From NCBI GenBank assembly GCA_964106915.2, contig OZ066914.1: a stretch of 64,000 nucleotides of DNA; one strand, given 5' to 3'. A program made the translations under genes and the position numbers. Positions 52,903 to 64,000 of the stretch are shown here, in pieces. The notes below the pieces were generated by a model, which saw nothing but the letters and a program-made list of their open reading frames with translations, was not told where the DNA came from and did no database searches. Numbering within the stretch: the first letter of the stretch is position 1; each line of letters starts with the position of its first letter. Origin of the DNA: Podarcis gaigeae (taxonomy: Eukaryota).

Positions 52903-54245
52903 GGAAATACTTTGGGGGATGTCTGCAGTTCACAGTACCTCTTTTCTTCATGGTGTCTGCCAGTGACTCTTTGTGGAGTTCATGCCTCATCTTAGAAGTG
53001 GTCCTAATGAGGATGCGTTGGGAGGGAGGAACCTGAACGCTTTATAAAAGAGGCATTCACCTCTTCTACAGAGTTTACTGCCGTGTCTGGAAGGTGTAAA
53101 GAAAAACACTGCCTCCCCCCCCCCCCAGTGGATTTCCTACAAATGAGACACACAACTCGCCCTCTCCCTCACACAAACGCACCTGCATGCAGAAGAGCCA
53201 ACATGAAGAATGATTTTAGTTGGACCATGTGCTGACCACATTGCCGCTTCTCCTCAGCAGCAGCAAAGGAAGGGTACAAGTCTTCACTGGCTGCTTATGG
53301 GCATTGTCAGGATTTCTGTTGGGGGGCAGATTTGTATTGATTTGGGGGGGCAGCTGCCCCCTGCCCTCCCCCTTGGCTACCTGCCAATCTACTGGGGACA
53401 TAGTGGGGCATGGAGTAAGAAGAAAAGAGGAATGACATAAGAATGGAAAAGACAGCTATTTCAGCTGACCAGTGTTTAGCCATCTGTTACTTTTATTTCT
53501 GAAGAACAGACAAATCCTAAGCATAACTTTTCTCCCACATAAACGTATTTCCTGTTTCTGATACAATGGAACTGACATAGTTGAGCAAGTTTATAAGGAA
53601 TAATGACCTGGAACCAGATTAAACTAGAAGAATTTAGGCCCCACTGAAATCAATGGGACATGTTGTGACTGAAGTTCTGCTGATTTTCAGCAGGCACGTG
53701 ACTATTAGGCCACTCAACAGACACCCGTTTCTCTAGGAATAATATGACTGCTGCCTGAAGTTAAAAGATGTACTGTGCCTTTGTGACTACAGCACTGGTG
53801 AGTGACATTATCTATATGAAGGAATGGAGGAGCAGAAATAGAGATGCCACCATGTGTGACCTTAGTTTGCATCAGTTTTTGAAACCTCCTGCTTCACTTA
53901 CCATGGCAATCTCAATATTCATGTATTTCTATTCATTCAGTGCACACCAACTATATATTCACAGAAGATTCAGCTCAGTCTTTCTGAAGCTGTGGTCCAT
54001 ATCCTGCTGGCCTTTTTTCTCATTTTCAAGGTTTCTACACATAATTATTTTTACATCAGCTACCTATCATCTGTTTCAAATCCTCACTGCCCAGATGACA
54101 ACATTAGACTGCTCTGTGGAAAACAACAAAGATAAAATTCTTGTTCAACTAGTCAAAAAGAAACAGAAAAAGGTGGAGGAAGAATATAATGCTGAAAGCA
54201 TAATGTACTAGAGGAGTAGGTATTCTATGTTTTCCACATTCTCTG

Positions 54246-54502
54246 TGTTATGTACTGAGGTTCTCACCCTGGGCCAGCAGGGGATACTGTAGATAGTTTT
54301 CACTCAGGTCCACATATGCAAATAAGGCATTGAAAGTGACGTTCAGTGATTGGATAGTTACAGAAAGTGTTACAGTTGCACTGTAGTGGAGCTCTATATA
54401 AGCAGGCTGGCTGAACCCTTCAGTTCTGTTCTGGCCTGTGAATAAACAGGAGCTATTTGAAGAATCACTGTGTCGTCTGATATGTTCACCCACAACTTAA
54501 CA
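54246..54502 (+). mobile_element. Solo LTR (257 bp)
   Basis: Termini TGTT...AACA, 5-bp TSD ctctg, TATATAA at 54395 and AATAAA at 54441. Confidence 0.88.
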
Positions 54503-54659
54503 CTCTGAAAAATACCTTAATGTATTCTCAAACCCATAGTTAACCTGTGTACGCCTGGAAGGATTTAAAAGAGTGAACTACATTTTTAAAAAGACTGATT
54601 GGAGACACAGAGAAGTGAGAAAGAAAGATACACATGTCCAGTTAAGACTAGCAATGATA

Positions 54660-54807
54660 TCATAGCATGGTACATCAAGTCCAAACCCCAGCAATGCAGA
54701 AATCTCAGCTAAAGCATCCTTGACAGATGGCCACCCAGTCTCTGCTTAAACCCCCCCCCCCCAAAGGAAGGGCAGTCCACAAGCTCCCCAGGAAGACCAT
54801 TCCACTC
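54660..54807 (-). mobile_element. CR1 3' end fragment
   Basis: Its reverse complement resembles the CR1 3' end at 15850-15990 (tttaagcagag.ctgg..ggccatctgtcaagg). Confidence 0.6.
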
Positions 54808-56869
54808 AAGGGTGAAATGACCCCCAGCTTATTAGACTGAACAATGATACCCACATTTAAGCTTCCTGTTGCTTTCTAAATCTTGTTCTTATTTTTCTAT
54901 TTGGCAATTTCTCTTAGTATAATTTAAATAAAATGTTAATGTGTAAGGAAAGTCATTTATAGAGCTTATAAGCCAACACAGATATATCACATAAAGGTAC
55001 AATGAAGTCATCACATTCATGGTTAAAGAAGAAAAAGTACAGCGTGGAATGATTTAGCAAACCACAGTCTGAGATATGCCAACAAACCAGAATCAGAAAC
55101 CATAATGTGAAGTGGGTTTGTAGAACATGGTTTCTTACGATGCCTAATGTATCTAACAATAGTTACAGCCACTGCTTCATCATCAGAGGCTGCTGCATAT
55201 TGCAGAAAGAAGTAAATATAAGAGGCTGTGTACTTAAGGAACAGATATTAGCCTGGTTCACACAACTAATTAAGTCAAACCTTGGCTTAGAAAACCATAC
55301 GTTTTGCAAAACCGTAGCAAGTTTTGACAGAGCTTGGCTGCTCGTGCACAAAACGATCTCCTGCCATACATGTGAGAGCTTGTGAGCAGTCTTTGATACC
55401 AATCTTTTGATAATTTTTTGACCCCGAATTTCTCATCACTGTTTTCAGTCTCTGAGCTTAAGATCGTCGCTCTGCTCATCTCACTGTCATTATTTCTGTG
55501 GTCCTCGTCTGATCCAGCCAGAGTAAACATGTATTGGAACTATGTGTGAGCTCTGTCTGTTATATCTAGGTGATGATTTCTTAATATGCTGTGCCATGCA
55601 TTAGCATTACACAACAAATTTACGGAATGCTTTTTTAATGCAGATTCTCTCCTGATGTGACTGTCAGCAATCAGCAGCATGCATTGTCAAAAGCAGAAAG
55701 ATGAGTTAGTATTTCTTATGTGAAGATGCCATTCTGTCATGCATTCATTTCGTTTGCAACATGCAGCCAGCTACCAGCCACAGTTAGAGTTTCAGACAGT
55801 AAAACAATTTTTACTGAAGTGATCTGAATTCAGGGAAATAGAACAGTTAAAAGATTAGGTGTCCATCTCTGAGCAGGGTGGGGGTGGGGTAAGTGTAGTG
55901 AGTGGGGGCAGTGACTGTGGTTGGTACTTTAAGTAATCATACAAAAGAAGAAAAGACTACCCAGACCATGACAAATATTGATTAGGGACTTCTGCACAGA
56001 CCAGTTCCCCTCTAGGCAATTCACAACCACATTGTGGTCACTGATGTCCTCACTAATATGACCCACTTCATTTCTTGCCAGAGAACCCCAAGTACCCATG
56101 AAACAGCAACTCTATTCCATTTACATGGATTCTTGGCCCATACTGTTTCAGACCAAAGGCCATAGTTCTGCCATGCCCTATGCAACCTGCTAGAAATCCA
56201 TGCCTATATTTCAGCCTATCATCCTCAAAATGATGGGCAGACAGAAGGGATCAGCCCTACATAGGAGCAACATCTCTGGTATTGCTCTTCCCATCAACAG
56301 CAGAACTGGGTAGATCTGTTGGGCATAGCAGAATTTGGCCTACAACAGCTCTCGGCTTTTCCTCAGCAATACTTCCAAACCCTCTATTTCCCCGATGTCA
56401 CTTCTTCCACCAATTTCCAGCTTCTGGTGCCTCTGATCAGGCTATCCAGGAGGACCTCAGAGTCAAGTTGAACCATGCCAAATGCAAGGCCTATGCTGAC
56501 CACAAATGGCAGGCTGAGAACCCTCTTGAGTATGCTCATCAACTCTCCAACTGACACTGAATGCCTCTCTAGTAAAATACCGTATTTTTCCTTCTATAAC
56601 ACACAGATTTTTTCTTCTAAAAAGGAAGGGGAAATGTCTGTGCGTGTTATAGAGCGAATGTGTGGTCCCTGGAGCCGAAAAATCATGCAAAAATCAAATC
56701 GCGGCGCTGCACGCTGCACGGAGAAGCGAAACCTGAAAAGAGGAAGCGGCTGCTTTCCTGCATTCTGCCTCAGGGTCTTACTGCCCACCCCCCTCTGTTT
56801 CGTTGCTGTGTTTGCTGAAACGGAACAAAGAGCAGGGAAAGCCCCTCCCCTCCAGGCAAGCTCCGGTGC

Positions 56870-57007
56870 NNNNNNNNNNNNNNNNNNNNNNNNNNNNNNN
56901 NNNNNNNNNNNNNNNNNNNNNNNNNNNNNNNNNNNNNNNNNNNNNNNNNNNNNNNNNNNNNNNNNNNNNNNNNNNNNNNNNNNNNNNNNNNNNNNNNNNN
57001 NNNNNNN
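56870..57007. other. Assembly gap (138 N)
   Basis: Run of N. Confidence 1.
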
Positions 57008-57125
57008 AAAACTTTTGCCTTTCTTTCCTCCCTCCCGTTAAATCCCTCTCCTGCATTCTTAGCCAGCTGCTTCTCTGCACACCCCTCTAATGCCCCTTCT
57101 TTGTTTTTCCTTCACTCCCCACTTA

Positions 57126-58432
57126 AAATGTGGTTACAAAGCATGGATCCTCAGGATCTTTGCATTGGGTCACCCCAAATTCACCATCAGATCACATAGC
57201 ATGTCCATGGCTACAGCCTGCACCCAAAAAATCACGAACCCACTGTTGCCTGGGGCTGCAATGGTGCAAAAATGTGGTTAAAAAGCATGGATCCACAGGG
57301 ATTCTCAGGATCCTTGCATTGGGTCACCCCAAATTCACCATCAGATCACATAGCATGTCCATGGCTACAGCCTGCACCAAAAAAATCACGCACCCACTGT
57401 TGCCTGGGGCTGCAATGGTGCAAAAATGTGGTTACAAAGCATGGATCCACAGGGATTCTCAGGATCTTTGCATTGGGTCACCCCAAATTCACCATCAGAT
57501 CACATAGCATGTCCATGGCTACAGCCTGCCCCCCCAAAAATCACGCACCCACTGTTGCCTGGGGCTGCAATGGTGCAAAAATGTGGTTAAAAAGCATGGA
57601 TCCACAGGAATTCTCAGGATTTTGGCATTGGGTCACCCCAAATTCACCATCAGATCACATAGCATGTCCATGGCTACAGCCTGCCCGCCCCAAATCACGC
57701 ACCCACTGTTGCCTGGGGTTGCAATGGTGCAAAAATGTGGTTAAAAAGCATGGATCCACAGGAATTCTCAGGATTTTGGCATTGGGTCACCCCAAATTCA
57801 CCATCAGATCACATAGCATGTCCATGGCTACAGCCTGCCCCCCCCCCCAAATCACATACCCACTGTTGCCTGGGGCTGCAATGGTGCAAAAACGTGGTTA
57901 CAAACCATGGATCCACATGGATCCTCAGGATCTTTGCATTGGGTCAGCCCAAATTCACCATCAGAGCACATAGCATGTCCATGGCTACAGCCTGCCACCC
58001 AAAAATCACGCACCCACTGTTGCCTGGGGCTGCAATGGTGCAAAAATGTGGTTAAAAAGCATGGATCCACAGGAATTCTCAGGATTTTGGCATTGGGTCA
58101 CCCCAAATTCACCATCAGATCACATAGCATGTCCATGGCTACAGCCTGCCCCCCCAAAATCACGCACCCACTGTTGCCTGGGGCTGCAATGGTGCAAAAA
58201 TGTGGTTAAAAAGCATGGATCCACAGGAATTCTCAGGATTTTGGCATTGGGTCACCCCAAATTCACCATCAGATCACATAGCATGTCCATGGCTACAGCC
58301 TGCCCCCCAAAAATCACGCACCCACTGTTGCCTGGGGCTGCAATGGTGCAAAAACGTGGTTACAAACCATGGATGCACAGGGATTCTCAGGATTTTTGCA
58401 TTGGGTCAGCCCAAATTCACCATCAGATCACA
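57126..58432. repeat. Tandem array of a ~154-bp unit, about 8.5 copies
   Basis: Unit aaatgtggtta.aaagcatggatccacagg.attctcagg...gggctgcaatggtgca starts at about 57126, 57269, 57423, 57578, 57732, 57889, 58043, 58197 and 58351. Confidence 0.95.
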
Positions 58433-58592
58433 TGTCTGTGGCCACAGCATGAAGCACAAAAATGATACATCCACTGTTTCATTCAGAATGTTTTTTCCCT
58501 TGTTTTCCTCCTCTAAAAACGATGTGCGTGTTATGGTCAGGTGCGTGTTATAGAGCGAAAAATACGGTAGATTGCAAGTAGGTCCCCCCACC

Positions 58593-58940
58593 CAGCGGGG
58601 TAGCTAGCCGCTCAGGTGCCTGGTGTGGGGGCGTGTCCTGCAGCAGGGGGCAGGGCAATCTGCCCGTGGGGGTGGGGCAAGCCTCTCCAACGCTTGGAGT
58701 CTCTCTGCCACCTCCCCCTCAGCTGTAGGGCGGCTGAGGGAGGGGAAGTAGGCCAGCACAAGTCCCATGTTGCCGTTTCAGGCAGTGTGGAACCTGCGGA
58801 CGCCTATGCCACCACGTCACTCCTAAAAAGTTTTGTGAGCCCAATTTATTATTTTTTTAAAAACTCATTTTGTCACACACACCCCAGTGATGACGCCTGG
58901 AGTGGACCACACACCCCCGCACACCCTTCCTCCGCCACTG
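58593..58940. mobile_element. GC-rich hAT-type MITE
   Basis: Ends CAGCGGGGTAG / CTCCGCCACTG; 8-bp TSD cccccacc/ccccaacc. Confidence 0.7.
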
Positions 58941-59774
58941 CCCCAACCCTGATAACAGCTTTGCCCCTTTCTGAAAACCCTGTTGCTTACAGGCTTCAGC
59001 TACCTTCAACATAGTACATCCAGTCTTTCATCAGTCGCTCCTGGTTTCAGCTATGCTAAATCCAGATCCAGAAAGACACCAACCTCCAGCCACACCACTC
59101 ACGGACAACAGGCAGGAAGAATATGAAGTGGCTCAAATTCTAGAATCATGAATGCATCAGAGACTCTTATAATGCCTCACTTACTGGAAGCGCTACCTAC
59201 CCAAGGACTGTTTGTGGGAAGCTGTTCATGCCCATGTCAGCAATTCCATTGTGTCTATCTGAACAAGCCAAGGCCATTGGATTGAGACCATGGAGGGGGA
59301 GGTGGTGTCAGGACCTCAAAGTCCAGCGGCCTTTAAAACACAGGGTTGGAGGCCTCAGAGTCACCAGCTAAGGAGCCAGACCAGAATCAGGGCTGAGTCT
59401 GCTGTAGTAGATCAGGAGATGACTGAGCCCAAGACTGATAGGCAGAAGTCCACAGAACAACCTCCCAAAGCACCTGGCAATGGAAGGAAACTTACAAAAA
59501 GTTAGTGTTCAGTGTTCAGAAATATTATATATTATATGTTTACGTAAAGTTCAGTGGTCTCTAAATGCATACGTTATTGGAGTCCAGAGGGGGAAATCAC
59601 CTTTATTAAATTGGGACATTCCTCATTTCCCTCCTACTTCCTTCCTATAACTTGACGTCATCCACTTGATTGAGGTATTATTACAAAAGATTCAAATATT
59701 TCCCATCAAGCAAGCAGTGTGTTTGTCCAGCTTTTATGAATTCACCCAGTTCCCAAAGCAATAAATTAGCTTAC

Positions 59775-59901
59775 TGTTCTGGCATCCCAAAGAGACAATG
59801 TCTTGTCTGCAGAGCTGGTGAGAATGATGTTGGAGAAAGGAAGAAATTCAATGCTGTTTACTGAATCCTTATGGCCACGAAAGGTGTATCTGCACCGCTC
59901 A
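59775..59901 (-). CDS. SPAG16: SPAG16 coding exon (127 nt, WD40 repeat): (S)ERCRYTFRGHKDSVNSIEFLPFSNIILTSSADKTLSLWDART
   Basis: Minus strand reads ttcttttgcag|T GAG CGG TGC ... GCC AGA ACA|gtaagc, with canonical splice sites. The GH...WD repeat matches the vertebrate SPAG16 C-terminal region as I recall it. The exon ends in phase 0. Confidence 0.93.
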
Positions 59902-62394
59902 CTGCAAAAGAACACAATGACATATCCTAAGCAACCATAGTGGAATAACTTGGCAATGTTTTCCAACAGCAAAAGGAAGCATAACTACAACTGACTGACA
60001 AATTTTAATTTGGCATCCACACTATTCATGTTGACAAAAAAAAAAAAAACACTATTTACTTACTTGCTTACTTACTTCCCTGCCTTTCTACATAACAAGG
60101 CCACTAACAAGCTCATTAATTGTGCCAGTTAGATTCACTTGAGCAAACTATTTCCAGTTCTTTGACTTTCGTTTTATGTGCTACATTGTTCATGCACATT
60201 CATGCATTGCAATTACAATAAATGAATGTCATAGAAAGGCATGAAATGTTGATATTTCATAGAACCATGGAGCTGCTATCCCTACCTGTGAAACTGAAGC
60301 CCTGTGACCCACCGAGCCCACCTTACCCTAGGCAGATAGGGAGAACAAAGGAGGTTAAGATTTAATCCCACAAAGATCACTGTGTTTGTGCTACTATTAA
60401 CCTCATAGGAAAGTGATCTGCCACATTTTAATAGAAGATACACATATGGAAATAACTCTTCCCTGTTTGGCAGATGGGAGATGTGGGCAGGCTGTGTGTG
60501 TGTGTTTAGATGGAAAATTGGAGGAAGAAGTTATGTTACTACTAATATTTATTTATTTATGTATGTCTTACATTTATGTTATTTTCTCCTCTTAATATCC
60601 TGAATATGACTATAATACAGTATATAATGATGATATAAAAAAAAAACAGAAAAACAAATAAAAAAGGGTTTTTTTGAGGGAAAAAAGGCAAATGGATGCA
60701 TGGCAGTGACCCTTCCCATATGTCTCTCTCTCCATGACTGTGCAAGAATGCATGTGTGTCTCCATGTTGCATGTGCACACCTGTCTTCCTTTGTGTGAGA
60801 GTGGGCGATGAGACGTATGTGTCTGTGCATGTGTGAATGTGTAGTCCACCACCAATGTTCTTTACAACTGAAGACTATCAGTGTTTCAAATTGCACAGAA
60901 ATTTCTTAAGAATTTACACATAGCCCTGTTAGATCTGACCCAGCATCCTGTTTCCAGTAGTAGCCAGTCCTATATTTCCTAGAAGCTGTCATGCAGAGCA
61001 AAGAGATAGTAACCCCACCTGCGCCTTCTTATTCTCCAGAAAATGGTTTTCAAAATGGTTTATGTCCTTTGTGGCCAATTCTCAAGTGGGAGTTAACTTC
61101 TGTTTTGCAAGTCTGGAATGCTGTTTATATTTATCACACCCAGCTGTTTAAATCCTAATGGCAGTGGCCATTTTTGTAAGTCAATAATCAATTACACAGT
61201 GAATTGAATAGCTTATTAGAGATTCAGCACATCATTACATTTCTAGCATTAGAGGAGAGTCCTGGAATGCAGGCACCGTGCAAGTACAGAACAGGCTGTG
61301 AAAGCTAATTCCAATTAGACACAAAGAAACAATCTGGGGAAATGGCAGGCTGCATGTTCACAGGATATGAAAGGTGGTTGAGTTACATTAGCACAAGATG
61401 ACCTGTGTGATTCCTTTCAGTTGTCACAGTCTGTGCTCCAAATTATAACACGAGTCTTCGATAAAGCCTGTATTTGTGGCAATAGTGCTTACATTATCTG
61501 AATAGAGAAAGATGTAGGTAAAATAGTTTGAAATAATCAATTAGCACTGAACAAATTGTGTACTCCTAACAATTACCATATCATATTTCTGACAGAAATG
61601 CAAAGAGAGAAAGAATGTGCTGCAGACTGCTGATAAATTCCTGTGGGGTAGAACAAGAAGAACAGATTGATTTATATCAGACAGTTCCCAATAGAGAAAT
61701 TGAAAGCTGCATCTTCAGGGGAAAAGACAACCCAAGAAAGGAATATATATTATGAGTAACTCAGATAGGACGAGGGGGGCTGCAGACAGACAGGCTGCAA
61801 GAAGAGGCTTGTGAGAGATTAATTAGGTGTCAGCGCAGGGAGGCCCATTCAGAATCCCTTAGCAAGGTGAAAATGGACTAAAGTGATGGACCACGACAAC
61901 TAAAGGAAGGAAGGAAATGATTTGTACGTTTCCATCAAGAATATAAACACTTGGGCCTGTTTCAGCTCTTCCTCTTTGCCGCTTCTCTATCAGTGTGTAG
62001 TGATGAGCAAGCTCCCTTCACTCTCTCCAGATTTAATTTACCATTCTGGTAGCTCAGTGACTGATATTGTTCTGAACCTCTGACTGCTACATAAAACAAA
62101 CTCATCTTCTTCCAGCTGAGACATAATTTAAATGAAAGTGTGCAGCCACACTCAAAGCAACTGCTGAAAAGAAGGCAAAAGTCTTATGATTTTCCGCAAA
62201 GAAAAATGCACATTTTGAAGCATACCTCTGTCTCCCTGACCCTCTTCCCCTTCTGTCTTCCTTACTGGACAGAAGAACAATTCTATCAAGAATGAGCAAA
62301 ATTCTTCTCCCAGAGACACTTTTTCCAGGAGAGGAAACATTTTTTACATACAAATTAATGCACTTCACACCACTTTAAAAGAGGCAAAATGCCC

Positions 62395-62779
62395 TCTTAC
62401 CCCCCATCCCCACTAATCCCCCTGGCATACCTCCCACTATTCCACCACGCAGCACAAAACCTCCAGATAAAAACCTGGCAAGCTGAAGGCTTATACTGCT
62501 TAGCAGACCTACAAAAATAACAAACCCACATTGACACAAGAAATGCAAGACAAGCTAGGGGGCACTCAAATGCCCTGGCTAGCACACCACCAATTACATG
62601 CCCTCTTCAACAATCCAGTAGTAAAATCAGCAGCAACTAGGCCCTTGACAACCTTTGAAAACCTCTTCCTAACAAAGGGACACAGCAAAGGGATGGTATC
62701 CACAATATAGAAAATACTGCTACAAAATCCCACAACCTCCCTCAACGTAATCAAAAAACAATGGGAGGATGACATAGGG
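62395..62779 (+). mobile_element. Degraded L1-clade ORF2 fragment
   Basis: Translates as TWQAEGLYCLADL...LTTFENLFLTKGHSKGMVSTI*KILL...KKQWEDDIG, typical of the post-RT region of non-mammalian L1. Confidence 0.65.
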
Positions 62780-63869
62780 CAGTGATGGTGAACCTTTTAG
62801 AGACCAAGTGCCCAAACTGCAACCCAAAACCCACTGATTTATCACAAAGTGCCAACATGGCAATTTAACCTGAATACTGAGGTCTTAGATTACAAGGGGA
62901 GGTTGGCGCATCCACGTGGAAAGAGAGTGGAGCAACACAGTGGTATCTCGGTTTTCGAATAGCTTAGTTCTCAAAATACTTGGAACCCAAACACTTCAAA
63001 CCTGGAAATGAGTGTTCGGGTTTTCAAACTTTTTCCGGAAGTGGAACGTGCTCTGTTCTGAGTATAACTTCCGTTTTGAATGCCACACTTCTGTTTTCAG
63101 AGTGAGGGAAGGCTGGCCCAGGGCGGCAAGTGAGCTGGTAAGGGATGTCACCACCCCCCCCCACCCCTCCAGCCTGCTCCTGCTTGCAGCCAAGTAGGAG
63201 GGGGATCGGGCTGCTCTGCTAGGCAACACTGCTGCTTGCACGGGAACAGGAGCTGGATCGGGGCTGCTCAGCTGGGGAGGTGCAGGCTCCATCACACTTT
63301 CCATTGCGGGGTTTGTGCCTGCACTACCCTCAAGAGAGAAAAGGAGCCCCCACTTCCGTATCAGATCCCCTGCAACCCCATGAAGGCAGCTAAGCTGAAT
63401 AGCTGCTGAAATTGGGGGCGGTGGAGGCAGCCCGGAAGCTGCATCTGAGAGCCCCTGCACCACCTGAAGACAGCCAGGCACTCCTCAGCTGAGTTGCCCA
63501 ATCCCACTCCTACGTGGAGGCAGGAGTGGAGGCAGGGATCTCTCAGAAGAGGAGGCTTTGTGCTTCCTAGCTGAGAGATCCCCGCCCTGCTCCTGCTTGC
63601 ACGCAAGTAGGAACGCGAAGCCTCCACTCCACTTCTGACTCCACTCCCATTGGCCCCGGCCAAAGGATGTGTAAGGCCTCAACCTTGCAGCAGCAGCAGC
63701 AGGAGGAGGAGGAAGGTGGCTGCGCAGAACTCTCGGGGGGCCACCAACCTGGAGATTGTAGCTCCGTTTTGCACACACACACACACACACACTGTGCTGA
63801 GCGCGCGTGCCCACAGAGAGGGCTCTGAGTGCCCCCTCTGGCATGCATGCCATAGGTTCACCACCACTG
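62780..63869. mobile_element. Composite hAT-type element with an internal Tigger-like end (~62938) and (CA)n
   Basis: TIRs CAGTGATGGTGAACCT / AGGTTCACCACCACTG; the flanking 8-mers do not match. Confidence 0.7.
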
Positions 63870-64000
63870 CTCTAGCCTATCTGACAGTTTTATCAGCTCC
63901 GAACCACATAGGTCGCAACACAGGAGAAAAAGATCCCACAGAACCAGGAGAAGGGGACGTAAGTGCAGGAGGGATTCCTCAAGTAAGTCTGATTATTCTG

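Larger units (their letters stand above)
56580..58567. mobile_element. Non-autonomous Tc1/mariner-superfamily (Tc2/pogo-like) DNA transposon carrying a tandem array
   Basis: TIRs CCGTATTTTTCCTTCTATAACAC / GTGTTATAGAGCGAAAAAATACGG, TA at both ends, and repeated subterminal GTGCGTGTTAT motifs. Confidence 0.85.
56020..59500 (+). mobile_element. Decayed Gypsy (chromovirus-type) LTR retrotransposon: integrase, chromodomain, PPT and start of the 3' LTR
   Basis: Relic peptides IVVTDVLTNMTHFISC, HLHGF..TVSDQ, SAYHPQNDGQTE and WVDLLGIAEF (56030-56345); NPVAYRLQLP, HPVFHQSLL and EEYEVAQILES...YWKRY (58975-59220). A purine tract GGAGGGGGAGG precedes TGTCA at 59306. The right boundary is approximate. 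Confidence 0.8.
19906..59774 (-). other. SPAG16: SPAG16 intron (~39.9 kb, GT-AG)
   Basis: Bounded by the donor and acceptor of the flanking exons; the WD40 frame is complete without an additional exon. Confidence 0.85.

Noticed and set aside
33430-54502. The two LTRs as the ends of one 21-kb provirus
   Set aside because: They are in opposite orientations and each has its own 5-bp TSD.
57126-58432. The tandem array as a CRISPR array or a repeat-protein gene (ORFs 57090-58553)
   Set aside because: Units are contiguous with no unique spacers and there are no cas genes. The 154-bp period is not a multiple of 3, so the same peptides cycle through all frames, as expected for non-coding repeats.
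58570-58940. GC-rich patches (here and 63100-63870) as CpG-island promoters
   Set aside because: Both lie within TIR-bounded transposon sequence.
59766-59972. ORF-track proteins 59766-59972 and 3031-3216 as standalone genes
   Set aside because: They are SPAG16 exons read through into intron sequence; the true limits are set by the splice sites.
60280-60305. Minus-strand ttcagtttcacag|gtaggg as a recursive splice site
   Set aside because: The pyrimidine tract and donor are weak, and such matches are expected by chance in 64 kb.
307-63867. The remaining short ORFs (60-190 aa) in the track
   Set aside because: They have no recognisable domains, many overlap SINEs, MITEs or microsatellites or use non-ATG starts, and they look like chance ORFs in intronic DNA.

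Overview
This is vertebrate genomic DNA from a squamate, probably a lacertid lizard, judged from Sauria-type SINEs and BovB, CR1, L2 and L1 repeats. The whole window lies inside one minus-strand gene, SPAG16 (axonemal central-pair WD40 protein). Three coding exons are present (59775-59901, 19840-19905, 3123-3249). They splice in frame through GT-AG introns of about 39.9 kb and 16.6 kb. The introns are full of mobile elements: a full-length, nearly intact RTE-BovB LINE with a 12-bp TSD; L1, CR1, L2 and RTE-X-like fragments; four Sauria SINEs; many hAT and Tc1/mariner MITEs with readable TSDs; two solo LTRs of one family; and a decayed chromodomain Gypsy element split by two later DNA-transposon insertions, one of which carries a 154-bp tandem array. 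The most notable signal is at the BovB 5' end (45890-46017). It can be paired by hand into an HDV/CPEB3-like nested double pseudoknot, and the predicted cleavage site falls exactly on the element's 5' boundary, so it is a candidate self-cleaving ribozyme. I found no prokaryotic-type system (CRISPR, operon, etc.). Most ORFs in the supplied track are chance or repeat-derived. All family names come from recognising the sequence, not from database searches.
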